Translations under genes and position numbers: made by a program
Notes under the pieces: model-generated
Told to the model about the DNA's origin: nothing
What the model saw: only the letters and a program-made list of their open reading frames with translations
Databases searched by the model: none
Origin: an uncultured virus (IMG/VR IMGVR_UViG_3300044986_000857)
Lineage: Duplodnaviria > Heunggongvirae > Uroviricota > Caudoviricetes
IMG/VR virus record: IMGVR_UViG_3300044986_000857
Reading direction: 5' to 3' (one strand)
Length of the DNA stretch: 20,000 bases
In this document: positions 1 through 9,474 of the stretch, one piece after another
Position numbering within the stretch: the stretch's first letter is position 1
Layout: each line of letters begins with the position of its first letter

Positions 1-1
1 C

Positions 2-472
2 GAGGTTTCGGGCAAGATCAGAGGAATCCCGCCCGTTGGCCCCGGCCAGCTTCTTCAGTTTTCGGGCACGCTGTTTCAAAACAGCGGCTACGTCCCCGGC
101 GTCGGCGAGTTCAGCACGCCTTCGGCCTTCGGCTTCTTCCCCGTCCAGAACGCCAACTTTGTTTTCAATCCCGCCGATTTGTTCGGTATTACCAACACCT
201 ACCGAATCCGCGTCGCGGTGCGCGTCGATGGCGCGTTCAACGACGGGCTTCATTGTATGCTGCGTCAAGTAGTGATCGGCGGCGTAGAGAGCGGTGTGCC
301 GGGGCTTCTGGATTTTGGTTCTGGCGTCGCGCAGATTTACCAAGCAGTCAGCAACACGCGCACCATATCAACTACCAACTGGGTTTGGCTTCGCCCGTAT
401 TTCGCTGCGTACAACGGCGGCAACGGTGCGACGTTGCAAGACGTGACAGTCTTTTTGGAAGAATGGTTCTAA
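2..472 (+). CDS. 5'-truncated hypothetical protein, probably the C-terminal beta-rich part of a virion fibre/spike protein
   Basis: Frame is open from position 2 (EVSGKIRGIPPVGPGQ...) through ORF 179..472 to TAA at 472. Gly/aromatic/beta-rich composition, directly upstream of fibre genes. Confidence 0.6.
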   Translation, partial: EVSGKIRGIPPVGPGQLLQFSGTLFQNSGYVPGVGEFSTPSAFGFFPVQNANFVFNPADLFGITNTYRIRVAVRVDGAFNDGLHCMLRQVVIGGVESGVPGLLDFGSGVAQIYQAVSNTRTISTTNWVWLRPYFAAYNGGNGATLQDVTVFLEEWF

Positions 473-473
473 C

Positions 474-914
474 GTGGACAAGCAACAGGTCATCGAAAAG
501 ATCGCACGCGACGTGTTCCCTGACGGACCCACGGTGCAGAAAAGCAACGTGGCGGTCCTCGGCGACGACGTCGTGCTGTTCGACCCGGCGACAAACCCCA
601 CGGAACCCGAGGCCGTCTATGCGTTCTCGCAGACAGACGGGGTGTGCTCGCTGGTCGACGTCCCGAAGCAGACCGCTGAACAATGGCTGACGGGGCAAGG
701 CTACTCGTCGACGCGCTTGGTGACGCTGCTTGATTTGGAAGCGCGGCTGACGGCGGCGCAGAAGTCGTCGCCGAAGCTGGCGGCGACGCGAGCGTGGACA
801 AACGATTTGCTCGCCGCGAGCATGGCCGATGCAGCGCCGCGTTACGTCTGGCTTCCGGCTCCATACTCTTTCTCTGACGTGACAGCAGAAGCATTTGCTG
901 TTTTGACGCAATAA
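474..914 (+). CDS. hypothetical phage protein (146 aa), possibly fibre-associated
   Basis: GTG start 1 nt after the previous stop, protein-like composition, located between fibre-like genes. Confidence 0.7.
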   Translation: MDKQQVIEKIARDVFPDGPTVQKSNVAVLGDDVVLFDPATNPTEPEAVYAFSQTDGVCSLVDVPKQTAEQWLTGQGYSSTRLVTLLDLEARLTAAQKSSPKLAATRAWTNDLLAASMADAAPRYVWLPAPYSFSDVTAEAFAVLTQ

Positions 915-939
915 CGATCGCAACTGAAAGGATCAGGTC

Positions 940-2919
940 ATGGCAACCAAGGCTCTCGTTATCGACGCAGGCACTACCAAGCGCGTGCCGGACGCGGAAA
1001 CCCTTATCGTCGGCGCGGGCATTGACGCTGCGACCCCGACAACGCTTACGATCGGCGGCACGACGGCGACGTCGATCACGCTCGGCAGCGCCACGATCCC
1101 GGTCAGCATCCCCGGCGACGTCAACACCCTCGGCGGCACGACGTTCCAAAGCGACGCCACGTTTGAGGGCAACGTCACCTTCGGCAACGGCCCTGCCGAC
1201 ACGGTGGCGTTCGCGGCGTCCACCACCGTCGTCAGCAACATCGCTTTCGGCGGCGGTTCTCCGACGTACAAGATCACGAATCTTGCGAACGGCACGAATC
1301 CGAACGACGCCGTCAACTTCTCGCAGCTTTCGTCTCTCGTTTCCGGCGTCACGGCGAGCGCCCCGTTGGCGTCGTCGGGCGGCTCGACTCCGAACATCAG
1401 CCTGACCGGCACGGTGGGCGTGGCGAACGGCGGTACGGGCGTCTCGACGGTTCCGACGAACGGCCAACTGCTGATCGGCAACGGCAGCGGCTACTCGGTC
1501 GCTGGCCTGACGGCGGGCAGCGGCGTGACCATCACCCCCGGCGCAGGCACGATCACGATCGCTGCGACCGGTTCGGGTGGCACGATCACCGGGTCGGGCA
1601 CGGCGACGCAGCTTGCCTACTTCACGGGCGCGTCGGCGATCGGGTCGGAGTCCGCGATCGGTAGCGATGCGCTCACTTGGGATTCGACGAACAACGCTCT
1701 GGGTATTCGCGTCGCTTCTGGTTCATTTACGTCGGGTGCTTCTCTCGACGTCGGCAGCGGGCAGATTGCGATCCCTGACGGCACCGCGCTCCTGCCGTCG
1801 ATCGCTTTCCGCGACGACATGAACACGGGCTTCTACTCGCCGACGAACGACGTCATCGGCTTCACGGTGAACGGGGGCGAGATCGCACGCCTGCGCTTGG
1901 AAGGCGTAGGTTCGACGCCCGTGTTTCTGTTGGGTACGACCAGCGTGATCGGAGCGATCACCGTCGACAGCAGCGACCCTTCGGGCACCGCTGGCGTCGG
2001 CATGATTGCCCACGCGAACGCAGGCACCACGATCCAAGAGTCGTATCGTGGAGGTCAGTTTGCGGGTGTTCGTACACGGGGTACCAAAGGCGGGCCGACT
2101 CCGGTGGGCGCAGACGACGGCTTGTGGAACGCGCTTGGCGCGGGCTTCACGTCGGCGAGCGGGTACAACTACGGCGCGCTGATCACGTTCAAGGCCGAAG
2201 AAGCCTACACCGCGTTGGCGTCGGGTGGACGCATTGAGTTCCACACGACGACGAATGGTAGCAGCGGCACCGCGACGCTCGGCGGCGCGACGACGGAACG
2301 GATGCGGATTGCCAACAGCGGCCACGTCGGCATCGGCACCACGAACGTCAGCGGGCACCTGTTCAACATCGGTTCTGGGGCGAACGCAAACTTCGCCGTC
2401 GCCAGCGGCGGTCGCATCCACACCTACGGCGGTGCGGCACCTACGGACGGTCAAGTTCTCATCGGCAATACGGCAAACGGTCGCTTTGAAGCGGCCTCGC
2501 TGACAGCGGGCAGCGGTATCACGATCACCCCCGGCGCGGGAGCGATCACGATCGCCGCAACGGCGGGGACGGACTACTCCGTCGTCACCCTCACCACGGC
2601 GCAGCCCGCGAACACCGCCGTCACCGTGGCGGGCGCGGCGGCGATTGCGACGGCGGCTTCGACGTCGCGCGTGGCGGGCATCGTCACGGCGACGAACACG
2701 GTGAAGGTGCTCGGCATCTGCACCTGCATCGTCGAAGGCGTGTTGTCGATCGCTGCGGGCGACGTCGTCTATCTGTCAGCAGCTACCGCAGGGCGTGTCA
2801 CGAACGTCGCTCCGTCGACGGCGACGCAAGTGGTCGCTGAACTCGGCATCGCGACGGCGGCATCGTCGGGCGGCACCGTCGCGGTGCTTTGGCAGCCGAA
2901 GTCGATCGTCGTCCTCTGA
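940..2919 (+). CDS. fibre/spike (receptor-binding) protein, 659 aa
   Basis: RBS-like GAAAGGA upstream. Gly/Thr/Ala/Ser-rich, with fibre-type motifs KITNLANGTNPNDAVNFSQL (trimeric-adhesin neck-like), GTVGVANGGTG, GQLLIGN and ERMRIANSGHVGIGTT. C-terminal AGDVVYLS..AGRVTNVAP module. Confidence 0.85.
   Translation: MATKALVIDAGTTKRVPDAETLIVGAGIDAATPTTLTIGGTTATSITLGSATIPVSIPGDVNTLGGTTFQSDATFEGNVTFGNGPADTVAFAASTTVVSNIAFGGGSPTYKITNLANGTNPNDAVNFSQLSSLVSGVTASAPLASSGGSTPNISLTGTVGVANGGTGVSTVPTNGQLLIGNGSGYSVAGLTAGSGVTITPGAGTITIAATGSGGTITGSGTATQLAYFTGASAIGSESAIGSDALTWDSTNNALGIRVASGSFTSGASLDVGSGQIAIPDGTALLPSIAFRDDMNTGFYSPTNDVIGFTVNGGEIARLRLEGVGSTPVFLLGTTSVIGAITVDSSDPSGTAGVGMIAHANAGTTIQESYRGGQFAGVRTRGTKGGPTPVGADDGLWNALGAGFTSASGYNYGALITFKAEEAYTALASGGRIEFHTTTNGSSGTATLGGATTERMRIANSGHVGIGTTNVSGHLFNIGSGANANFAVASGGRIHTYGGAAPTDGQVLIGNTANGRFEAASLTAGSGITITPGAGAITIAATAGTDYSVVTLTTAQPANTAVTVAGAAAIATAASTSRVAGIVTATNTVKVLGICTCIVEGVLSIAAGDVVYLSAATAGRVTNVAPSTATQVVAELGIATAASSGGTVAVLWQPKSIVVL
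1453..1572 (+). repeat. intragenic ~40-aa repeat, copy 1 (copy 2 at 2440-2568)
   Basis: PTNGQLLIGNGSGYSVAGLTAGSGVTITPGAGTITIAATG versus PTDGQVLIGNTANGRFEAASLTAGSGITITPGAGAITIAATAG. Confidence 0.9.
2440..2568 (+). repeat. intragenic ~40-aa repeat, copy 2
   Basis: Similar to 1453-1572 at protein and DNA level (shared atcacccccggcgc and cgatcacgatcgc). Confidence 0.9.
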
Positions 2920-2941
2920 TAAACAGCAAGGGAACCCCGGC

Positions 2942-3700
2942 ATGCAAAACTGGAACAATCAGATCCGCAAGCAGCTGAACAACCTGCCGGGGTTCCCACC
3001 TGTTCCGACGGGAACGCCGCCGGGCACGCCATCGACACCCTACGAGTGGATTCTTGGCGATTGGATCGACGAGTGTCGCGTACGGCCGGGCGTGAGCGTG
3101 CTTGGCGCGTTGCCAACGACGGGCAACGAAGTGGGCGACGTTCGTTTCGTTGTCGGCCTCGGTGCGTGGTACTGGTGGGACGGCGCGGCATGGCAACTGG
3201 TGGCAGGAAACGGCGCGGTGGACAGCGTCACAGCCAGCGCGCCTCTTTCGTCGTCCGGCGGCGGAAACCCGGACATCAGCTTCCCGTCGTGGCCCGCGAA
3301 TGCTTCAGGCGCGTTGACGAACGACGGCGCAGGCAATCTTTCGTGGGCTGCGCCGGGCGGGACGCAGTTTGTTACGTTTCCGAGCACTGTAAGTTCGTCG
3401 TCCACCTTGCTTGTTGAGGCCGGTTCCGTAAAACTACCATTTGTAGTTTCAGCGGGAGCGGTTGGCTGCGAGTGTGCAGTTTTCTCAACAAGTCTAACAA
3501 GGGCTAGAGTTATCGCTTGGAATCTTGTCGGTAGTCAGATTGGTTCTTTTGTAGAAGCTGCGGCAACGACAGGATTGAGGATAGTTACGCCAGTATTTTG
3601 GCCTTCAGCTTTTACAGGGTGGGCAAGAATCACTATTGATCAGATACACACGCCTACCGCCGCTGTCTCTTTGCGCGGCGTATTTTTTGTAGAATCTTGA
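2942..3700 (+). CDS. second fibre/spike-like protein (252 aa) with a low-GC C-terminal domain
   Basis: ATG at 2942 within ORF 2795..3700. Contains LPTTGNEVGD..YWWDGAAW and LTNDGAGNLSW fibre-type motifs and shares VTASAPLxSSGG with the 940..2919 protein. Confidence 0.75.
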   Translation: MQNWNNQIRKQLNNLPGFPPVPTGTPPGTPSTPYEWILGDWIDECRVRPGVSVLGALPTTGNEVGDVRFVVGLGAWYWWDGAAWQLVAGNGAVDSVTASAPLSSSGGGNPDISFPSWPANASGALTNDGAGNLSWAAPGGTQFVTFPSTVSSSSTLLVEAGSVKLPFVVSAGAVGCECAVFSTSLTRARVIAWNLVGSQIGSFVEAAATTGLRIVTPVFWPSAFTGWARITIDQIHTPTAAVSLRGVFFVES

Positions 3701-3739
3701 TGGCTTTTAGTTCTTTCATAGTGAGGTGCCGCCCGAGCA

Positions 3740-3768
3740 GTAGCAAGCCCGCGCGCTAGCATGCCGCC
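3740..3768 (+). promoter_or_regulatory. conserved putative leaderless late promoter, copy 1
   Basis: GTAGC-N12-TAGCAT-N6-ATG(3769); no Shine-Dalgarno. Confidence 0.7.
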
Positions 3769-4424
<656 letters not shown>

Positions 4425-4428
<4 letters not shown>

Positions 4429-4628
4429 AGCAGAAGGTCAAGGTCGAGATCACGGTGTCTTTCGACGACGCGACGATGCAGCCCGACGTTGACGAAGCGC
4501 TTGTCGACGCCATCGCGGGCCTGCGCCGGATGCTGGCCCTGCTGCCAGCGGTCAAGGGCAAGACGACGAGAGGCAAGCAAGTGGCGTTCAAGATCGTCGA
4601 CGTCCAGCTGCCCAACGAGAAGTGGTGA
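4425..4628 (+). CDS. hypothetical protein (67 aa, MKQKVKVEITVSF...)
   Basis: ATGA overlap with the lysozyme stop; GAGGAA upstream. Confidence 0.7.
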
Positions 4629-4629
4629 C

Positions 4630-4658
4630 GTAGCAAGCCGATACGGTAGCTTTGTGGC
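4630..4658 (+). promoter_or_regulatory. conserved putative leaderless late promoter, copy 2
   Basis: GTAGC-N12-TAGCTT-N6-ATG(4659). Confidence 0.7.
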
Positions 4659-5162
4659 ATGAGCGACCGCCCCTACCGCGTTGGCATGGCCCGCCCTGTC
4701 CAGCGTTACATCGAGCCGACGGAAATCTACGAAGACCTCAAGCGTGGTCGGTCGACGACCATGCCTGACAACTTCGGGTACACGTGGACCCCGGTGAACG
4801 GGCTGGGGGGCGTCAACGGCGTCGGGTCGCTGCAAGAAGACCTGCTTGAGTTTGGGCAGGGTCTCTTGGAGGCCGGCGCGGGCGCGGCAAAGGAAAAGGC
4901 CAAGGAAGGCGTCGTTGACTTCATCAAGTCGACGCCCGGCAAGAAGCTGCTCGACGCTGTTGAAAGCAGCGCGCGTGCTGGCGTCGTCAAGGAAGTCAAG
5001 AAGAACGCGCCGAACCTGATGCTGTTCGCAGTCGCGGGCGGGGCCATCGGCGGCGCGCTCTCGGCGAAGCTCGGCAAGACCGGCACCGTGCTCGCCATCG
5101 GGCTTGCGGTGTGGTCGGGCTGGCAGCTGATGAACCCGGGCGACGCGCCCAAGAAGAAGTGA
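4659..5162 (+). CDS. putative virion membrane protein (167 aa; two C-terminal hydrophobic segments; VNGLG/VNGVG motifs)
   Basis: Hydrophobic segments LMLFAVAGGAIGGAL and VLAIGLAVWSGWQLM, then PKKK. Confidence 0.8.
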   Translation: MSDRPYRVGMARPVQRYIEPTEIYEDLKRGRSTTMPDNFGYTWTPVNGLGGVNGVGSLQEDLLEFGQGLLEAGAGAAKEKAKEGVVDFIKSTPGKKLLDAVESSARAGVVKEVKKNAPNLMLFAVAGGAIGGALSAKLGKTGTVLAIGLAVWSGWQLMNPGDAPKKK

Positions 5163-5166
5163 GCGT

Positions 5167-6573
5167 ATGCCCCGCTTCGAACCGCAATACCTGACGGAGC
5201 ATGACGGAACGCGACTGCGCGAGGCGCAGCACGCTCTCGTCAACGCGCGAGGTCACTACCTCGGCGAAGCTGCGTCGTTCGCCGGAACGACTGCGGCACC
5301 GTCGACGTCTGCGGAGAAAAAGGCAATCTTGCGGCAGAACCGGGCGCGGGCGCAGCGCGAGATTGAAAAGCGTATGCCCGGCGCGGTGACGGTCAACGCG
5401 GACGGTTCGCTGCACCTTGTCAATCCGCTGACGCCGATGAACAGGGCGATGGCCGATCTTCTGCGGCCGGCGCATGGCGTGATCGATTCGTCGCCGCTCT
5501 CTGCGGCAGACAAGACGAAGCTGAAAACGCAGCCGGTTACGTTTTTCGTTGATTTGTTTGACCCGGTGCTCGACGGTGTGCGAGACGTGCTCGTTGAAGT
5601 CATGCAGCGCGAGGGGTTCGTCTACGACCTGTCGACGCCGCCATTCATGTTCACGCTCGGGAATCCCGCGTTCAAGAACGTCAACATCCGGCTGTATCAG
5701 CCCGGCGATGACCTGTTTGACGACGAGAGCCGAGGCATCATTCTGCGCGTGCGTATGTTGCTCGCGTACTTCGTTCTGTTCTTTCGCAAGCCCGCCGAGT
5801 TGCAGTTCTTGCTGATTAAAAAAGGGTTGGAGGCTTTGTTTGGCAAGGATGACACGCAGCTGGTGCCTGTCGGACAGGGCGGCGATGGGTCGTCATTCGA
5901 CAAGCCTCGCATCGTGATGTCGATGCCTACGGTGTGGCGTGGCGGGTCGCGCAAAGAGATTCCGGCGGGACCTTACCTTATCAGACGGTACACAGCTTCG
6001 CCCCCGGGCCTTCCGACGCGCCGCGATCTTGACGACGTGACCAAGCTCGTTTGGGAGATTCCGCAGGACAACCGGAAGAACCAGACCAGATCGTTCGTGC
6101 AGCTGACGCAAGCTGCATGGGATCAATGGCGGCGACCACGCGCCGGCCTTATCAACGCCCGTCTCGACGAAGGCCGCCCCATCAACGGCCTCGGCAGTCT
6201 CGGCATCAGCCCGGTAGCGGCGGCGGCAAAGGGCACGGCGGTCAAAGTGGCCGTCGATACAGGCACCGCAGCGGGCGGGGGTCAAGCGGCTGTGGCGGCC
6301 ATTTGGACGTGGCTCGGTAACAACATCGTGGGTATCATCGGCGCTGTCGGCGGGGCGATTGCTGGCATCATCGTCGCCGTCAATCAGCCGGCCGTCGCCG
6401 CCGAAGAAGCGCGCGAAGCAGAAGCGAAAGCGCGCGAAGAAGAGGCGAAGACGCGCGGCGCGGGCGAAGGCTCGTTGCAGTCGCAAAGCGCAAGTGGCGG
6501 TGTGTCGCCGCTTTTGATCGGTGGCGCGGTCCTCGCCGCGCTCTTCATCTTGAGGAAAGGCAGCAAGGCATGA
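5167..6573 (+). CDS. putative virion membrane protein (468 aa; INGLG motif, internal hydrophobic segment, coiled coil, C-terminal TM)
   Basis: Long ORF in operon; C-terminus PLLIGGAVLAALFILRKGSKA. Confidence 0.8.
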   Translation: MPRFEPQYLTEHDGTRLREAQHALVNARGHYLGEAASFAGTTAAPSTSAEKKAILRQNRARAQREIEKRMPGAVTVNADGSLHLVNPLTPMNRAMADLLRPAHGVIDSSPLSAADKTKLKTQPVTFFVDLFDPVLDGVRDVLVEVMQREGFVYDLSTPPFMFTLGNPAFKNVNIRLYQPGDDLFDDESRGIILRVRMLLAYFVLFFRKPAELQFLLIKKGLEALFGKDDTQLVPVGQGGDGSSFDKPRIVMSMPTVWRGGSRKEIPAGPYLIRRYTASPPGLPTRRDLDDVTKLVWEIPQDNRKNQTRSFVQLTQAAWDQWRRPRAGLINARLDEGRPINGLGSLGISPVAAAAKGTAVKVAVDTGTAAGGGQAAVAAIWTWLGNNIVGIIGAVGGAIAGIIVAVNQPAVAAEEAREAEAKAREEEAKTRGAGEGSLQSQSASGGVSPLLIGGAVLAALFILRKGSKA

Positions 6574-7112
6574 CGTACGTTCTTGGTACTCTTACGCAGG
6601 CAAACGGGCTTGGCGCTGTGCCCCAGACGGTCGCTGGCGCTGTGCAGGGCGCGGGTTTGCCGTTTGAGACTGTTTTTAGGACTGCGGCAAAGGCTTTGAT
6701 CGCTGCAACCCCTGACATTCCTGACAGGAAGGTCAGAAACGCCATTCGTTATGGCGACCCGGAGATCAGCGTCGAGCGAGCAAACGCAAGAGCGCTCAAA
6801 GGCGAGTACATTCAACCGTACAAGGCTTTCAGAGACGCAGCAGCGAGCGCGATGGGTGCTCTCGGGTACAAGGAAGGCGCGGGCTTTCGCAACATGCGAA
6901 CGCAAGCTCTCGACGCCTACATGAACAGCTTGATCCAGAGCGTGCGCGCGGAGTTGCGCGCGACGGGGCTTGTGGTGTCGTCAAAGCAAGACTCGTCTGA
7001 CAAGCTTAAGAAGGAGTCTGACGATACGCCCGCCGACAACACGCTGCTCTACGTCGCTGGCGCGGCGGCGGTCGCCCTCGTTGCGTTCGGCGCGATGCGG
7101 AGGAAGGCGTGA
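6570..7112 (+). CDS. putative virion membrane protein (180 aa; ANGLG near N-terminus, C-terminal TM)
   Basis: ATGA coupling; C-terminus LLYVAGAAAVALVAFGAMRRKA. Confidence 0.8.
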   Translation: MTYVLGTLTQANGLGAVPQTVAGAVQGAGLPFETVFRTAAKALIAATPDIPDRKVRNAIRYGDPEISVERANARALKGEYIQPYKAFRDAAASAMGALGYKEGAGFRNMRTQALDAYMNSLIQSVRAELRATGLVVSSKQDSSDKLKKESDDTPADNTLLYVAGAAAVALVAFGAMRRKA

Positions 7113-7678
7113 CGTACGTGATCGTCAGCAGCGGGCACCTTCGCGGGCTGCACGGCCTCGGCACGGTGGAGCTTCCGCCCGACCGTGCCGCGTACTTGGA
7201 GCAGATGAAGCCCATCATCGACGACGCGCAAAAGAAGGTCGACGCGATGCTCGCGGGCGACTTTTCGTGGATGAACGTCGAGTCGACGCTGTTGCGGTCG
7301 ACGCGCAGCATCAAGGCAGCCGCGCGAGACATCCTTCTGCAAAAGAAACAAAGGCTTGCCATCACGCTTCCTAGCTTGGAAGAAGCGTTGCGAGATCCAA
7401 ACAGGAAGCTGTCAGAGATCGCAGAGACGATGGAATCTCTGTTTGGCGACTTTGATCAAGAGCTTGCGCGCGTTGCGGCGATGCAGAACATCACGCTGGC
7501 GACCGGCGCAAAGACGGCGTTTCGAAAAGCCGTTCGCGCGGCGTTTGACATGGCCAGAACGGTAGTGCGAGAAGGCGCGAAGGCTGTCGGCGACGAGTTG
7601 GCGGAATCTCCCGTCTCAACGGCTTTGATTCTTGGTGCTGTCGGCGTTGGTCTTTTCCTCTGGGTCAAGAACCGCTAA
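7109..7678 (+). CDS. putative virion membrane protein (189 aa; LRGLHGLG near N-terminus, helical body, C-terminal TM)
   Basis: GTGA coupling; N-terminus MTYV as in the previous gene; C-terminus ALILGAVGVGLFLWVKNR. Confidence 0.8.
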   Translation: MTYVIVSSGHLRGLHGLGTVELPPDRAAYLEQMKPIIDDAQKKVDAMLAGDFSWMNVESTLLRSTRSIKAAARDILLQKKQRLAITLPSLEEALRDPNRKLSEIAETMESLFGDFDQELARVAAMQNITLATGAKTAFRKAVRAAFDMARTVVREGAKAVGDELAESPVSTALILGAVGVGLFLWVKNR

Positions 7679-7687
7679 AGGATCGCG

Positions 7688-8026
7688 ATGCGCTTTTTCT
7701 TGAACCCGATCCAGTTCAATGCTTCCGCCAACGCCGCTGGCATCGCGTGGGCACAAGCGCGTCTGCTCTACGCCGATGCCGGCAACGCGCTCGACGGGTT
7801 GACGTCGACGCAGATCGCGCAAGGCGCATCTCGCCCCTTGCCGCCGCGTCCGATTCCGGCTTCGGCGCGTAACCCGCTGCGTGCAGCGTTGGAACGGCAG
7901 AACGCCGATCGCGCCGCCGCCGTCGAGGTGCAGATCCTCGACAACGTCTTCGTGACGTTCTGCGCGGGCGTGATTGCCGACGTGCGGATCGTCGCACCCG
8001 CTCCTTCCGCTCCCGCTCCCGTTTGA
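7688..8026 (+). CDS. hypothetical protein (112 aa)
   Basis: AAAGGA upstream; fills the operon gap. Confidence 0.7.
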   Translation: MRFFLNPIQFNASANAAGIAWAQARLLYADAGNALDGLTSTQIAQGASRPLPPRPIPASARNPLRAALERQNADRAAAVEVQILDNVFVTFCAGVIADVRIVAPAPSAPAPV

Positions 8027-8034
8027 GGAACACC

Positions 8035-8298
8035 ATGCCCGCCCAAGCCAAAAAGCAGATCATTTCTCACGTTGTCGCATTCATCCTCGGCCTCGTCGGC
8101 GGCTTCGTCGGCAAGGATCTGTCGCCGTTGCAGAAGCCCGTCGAAACCGTCGTGGGCCACGCCGTCGACGCCGTGGAGCAGGCCGCAGAGAAGCCAGCAA
8201 AGAAGCCCGCGCCGGCTCCCGCGCCGGCTGCCGTTCGGTCTGTCGACGCCGGCCCGCCGCCCGCGCCGCTCGGCGACCCGGCTGCGAGCCACCCGTGA
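8035..8298 (+). CDS. small membrane protein (87 aa; N-terminal TM, Pro/Ala-rich tail)
   Basis: GAGGAA RBS then ATG at 8035; hydrophobic IISHVVAFILGLVGGFVG. Confidence 0.7.
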   Translation: MPAQAKKQIISHVVAFILGLVGGFVGKDLSPLQKPVETVVGHAVDAVEQAAEKPAKKPAPAPAPAAVRSVDAGPPPAPLGDPAASHP

Positions 8299-8483
8299 GC
8301 TATCACGCACGCCGGCAAGTCTCGGGCTTCTCCAACGACGCCAAGAAGGCGATCACGGAGAACCCCGACTACTTCGTCTGGTGGTACACGGTCAAAAGCG
8401 TCGGGCTAGGCATCGTCGCCGCCTACGCCGCCTACCTGCTTGGGCGCGAGCACGGGCGCGAGAGGAGAAAAAATGGCTACTGA
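8295..8483 (+). CDS. small membrane protein (62 aa)
   Basis: GTGA overlap; TM VGLGIVAAYAAYLLG followed by a basic tail. Confidence 0.65.
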   Translation: MSYHARRQVSGFSNDAKKAITENPDYFVWWYTVKSVGLGIVAAYAAYLLGREHGRERRKNGY

Positions 8484-8736
8484 GAATCTGTTTTTGAAAG
8501 TGACGGAAGCGCAGGCGATTCTCGCCAGCAACCCCGACACAGAACCCACCATCACGTTCGTTCACAACGGGCGCACGCTTCAAGCGGAACGGCGCTTTCT
8601 ACAGGCAGTCGCGCGCCAGACCTTGAACGACACGGGCATCGTCCCTGTCGTCGTCAAGGAAGATCTATCCGGCCCGCCGTGGCTTCTTATTGCTGGGGGT
8701 CTTTTGATCCTCGGTCTTCTGACGCGACGCAGGTAA
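8473..8736 (+). CDS. small protein with C-terminal TM (87 aa)
   Basis: GAGGAG RBS, ATG at 8473; C-terminus WLLIAGGLLILGLLTRRR. Confidence 0.75.
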   Translation: MATENLFLKVTEAQAILASNPDTEPTITFVHNGRTLQAERRFLQAVARQTLNDTGIVPVVVKEDLSGPPWLLIAGGLLILGLLTRRR

Positions 8737-9037
8737 GGGGCCGGCGCGCGCTCTTGAGCAGCTGCCGGCCCTTCGGCGTGAGCTTGCACATCGTCTTGCG
8801 GTGATCGAAGCGGTGCCTGCTCCGCTCGATGTACCCGCCCGTCTGCATCGCGTGCAGGTACGGCGTCAGCGTCCCCACGCTCGGCAAGTCGAGCGCAGCG
8901 AGCACTTCCAGCGTCGATAGCTCCCCGGGCGTCTGCAACGCCAGCAGGACCGCCAACGACAGCGGGTGCAAGGTCTCGACGCCTTGCGTACGGGGCGCGA
9001 GCCCCGCAATCAGCTTCGCGGCTTCGGCGGGTGTCAT
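8687..9037 (-). CDS. MarR-like winged-helix DNA-binding protein
   Basis: LAVLLAL..GELSTLEVLAALDL helix-turn-helix region, then GYIERSRHRFDHRKTMCKLTPKGRQLL (MarR wing pattern D-x-R..LTxxG). Confidence 0.75.
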   Translation of the reverse strand: MTPAEAAKLIAGLAPRTQGVETLHPLSLAVLLALQTPGELSTLEVLAALDLPSVGTLTPYLHAMQTGGYIERSRHRFDHRKTMCKLTPKGRQLLKSARRPLTCVASEDRGSKDPQQ

Positions 9038-9468
9038 CGGAACCGGCGCTTCTGCGCGGTCTTCCGTCGGTCGGCGAGCGCGGACCTACGCACGTACCCG
9101 GCGACCCGGGCGTGAACCGCGCGCAGGACTTCGTCGTCCTGCACCTCACCGGATAGGATTCTTTCGACGTCCACTAGTAACGCGACCACCGCCCGGTTGT
9201 TCAGAAGGTTCTGGTCGCGCGCGTCCTTGCGGGCTTTCTCCAAGAGCTTGCCCTGCTCTTGGTACTGCTTGCGCAGCTTGTCGCGGGCCTTGCGCGCGTC
9301 GTCGACGGCGGTTGACAGCGCATAGATGCCTCGCGCCTCGGAAGGCCCTATCTCGACGGTGGCTTTCTTCTTCGTCTTCAACTCGACGCGGGCCTTGGCG
9401 AGCATCACTCGGAGCGCTTCGGGCAGCGGAAGCTCGACGTTGACGTTCTCGACAGGTTTTTCGGCCAT
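9034..9468 (-). CDS. hypothetical coiled-coil protein (144 aa, MAEKPVENV...)
   Basis: ATG at 9468 within ORF 9034..9552; ATGA-coupled to the MarR-like gene. Confidence 0.7.
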   Translation of the reverse strand: MAEKPVENVNVELPLPEALRVMLAKARVELKTKKKATVEIGPSEARGIYALSTAVDDARKARDKLRKQYQEQGKLLEKARKDARDQNLLNNRAVVALLVDVERILSGEVQDDEVLRAVHARVAGYVRRSALADRRKTAQKRRFR

Positions 9469-9474
9469 GCGGCC

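Noticed and set aside
490..1467. Long minus-strand ORFs over the fibre region (also 1723..2454, 4218..5243) and + strand ORF 15381..16298
   Set aside because: Shadow frames of well-supported genes; stop codons are scarce at high GC.
940..3700. Diversity-generating retroelement acting on the fibre genes
   Set aside because: No reverse transcriptase in the window, and the repeat copies differ at all base types rather than only at adenines.
8035..8298. Holin assignment for the N-terminal TM protein
   Set aside because: Only a single hydrophobic segment and no family motif; it cannot be distinguished from a virion membrane protein.
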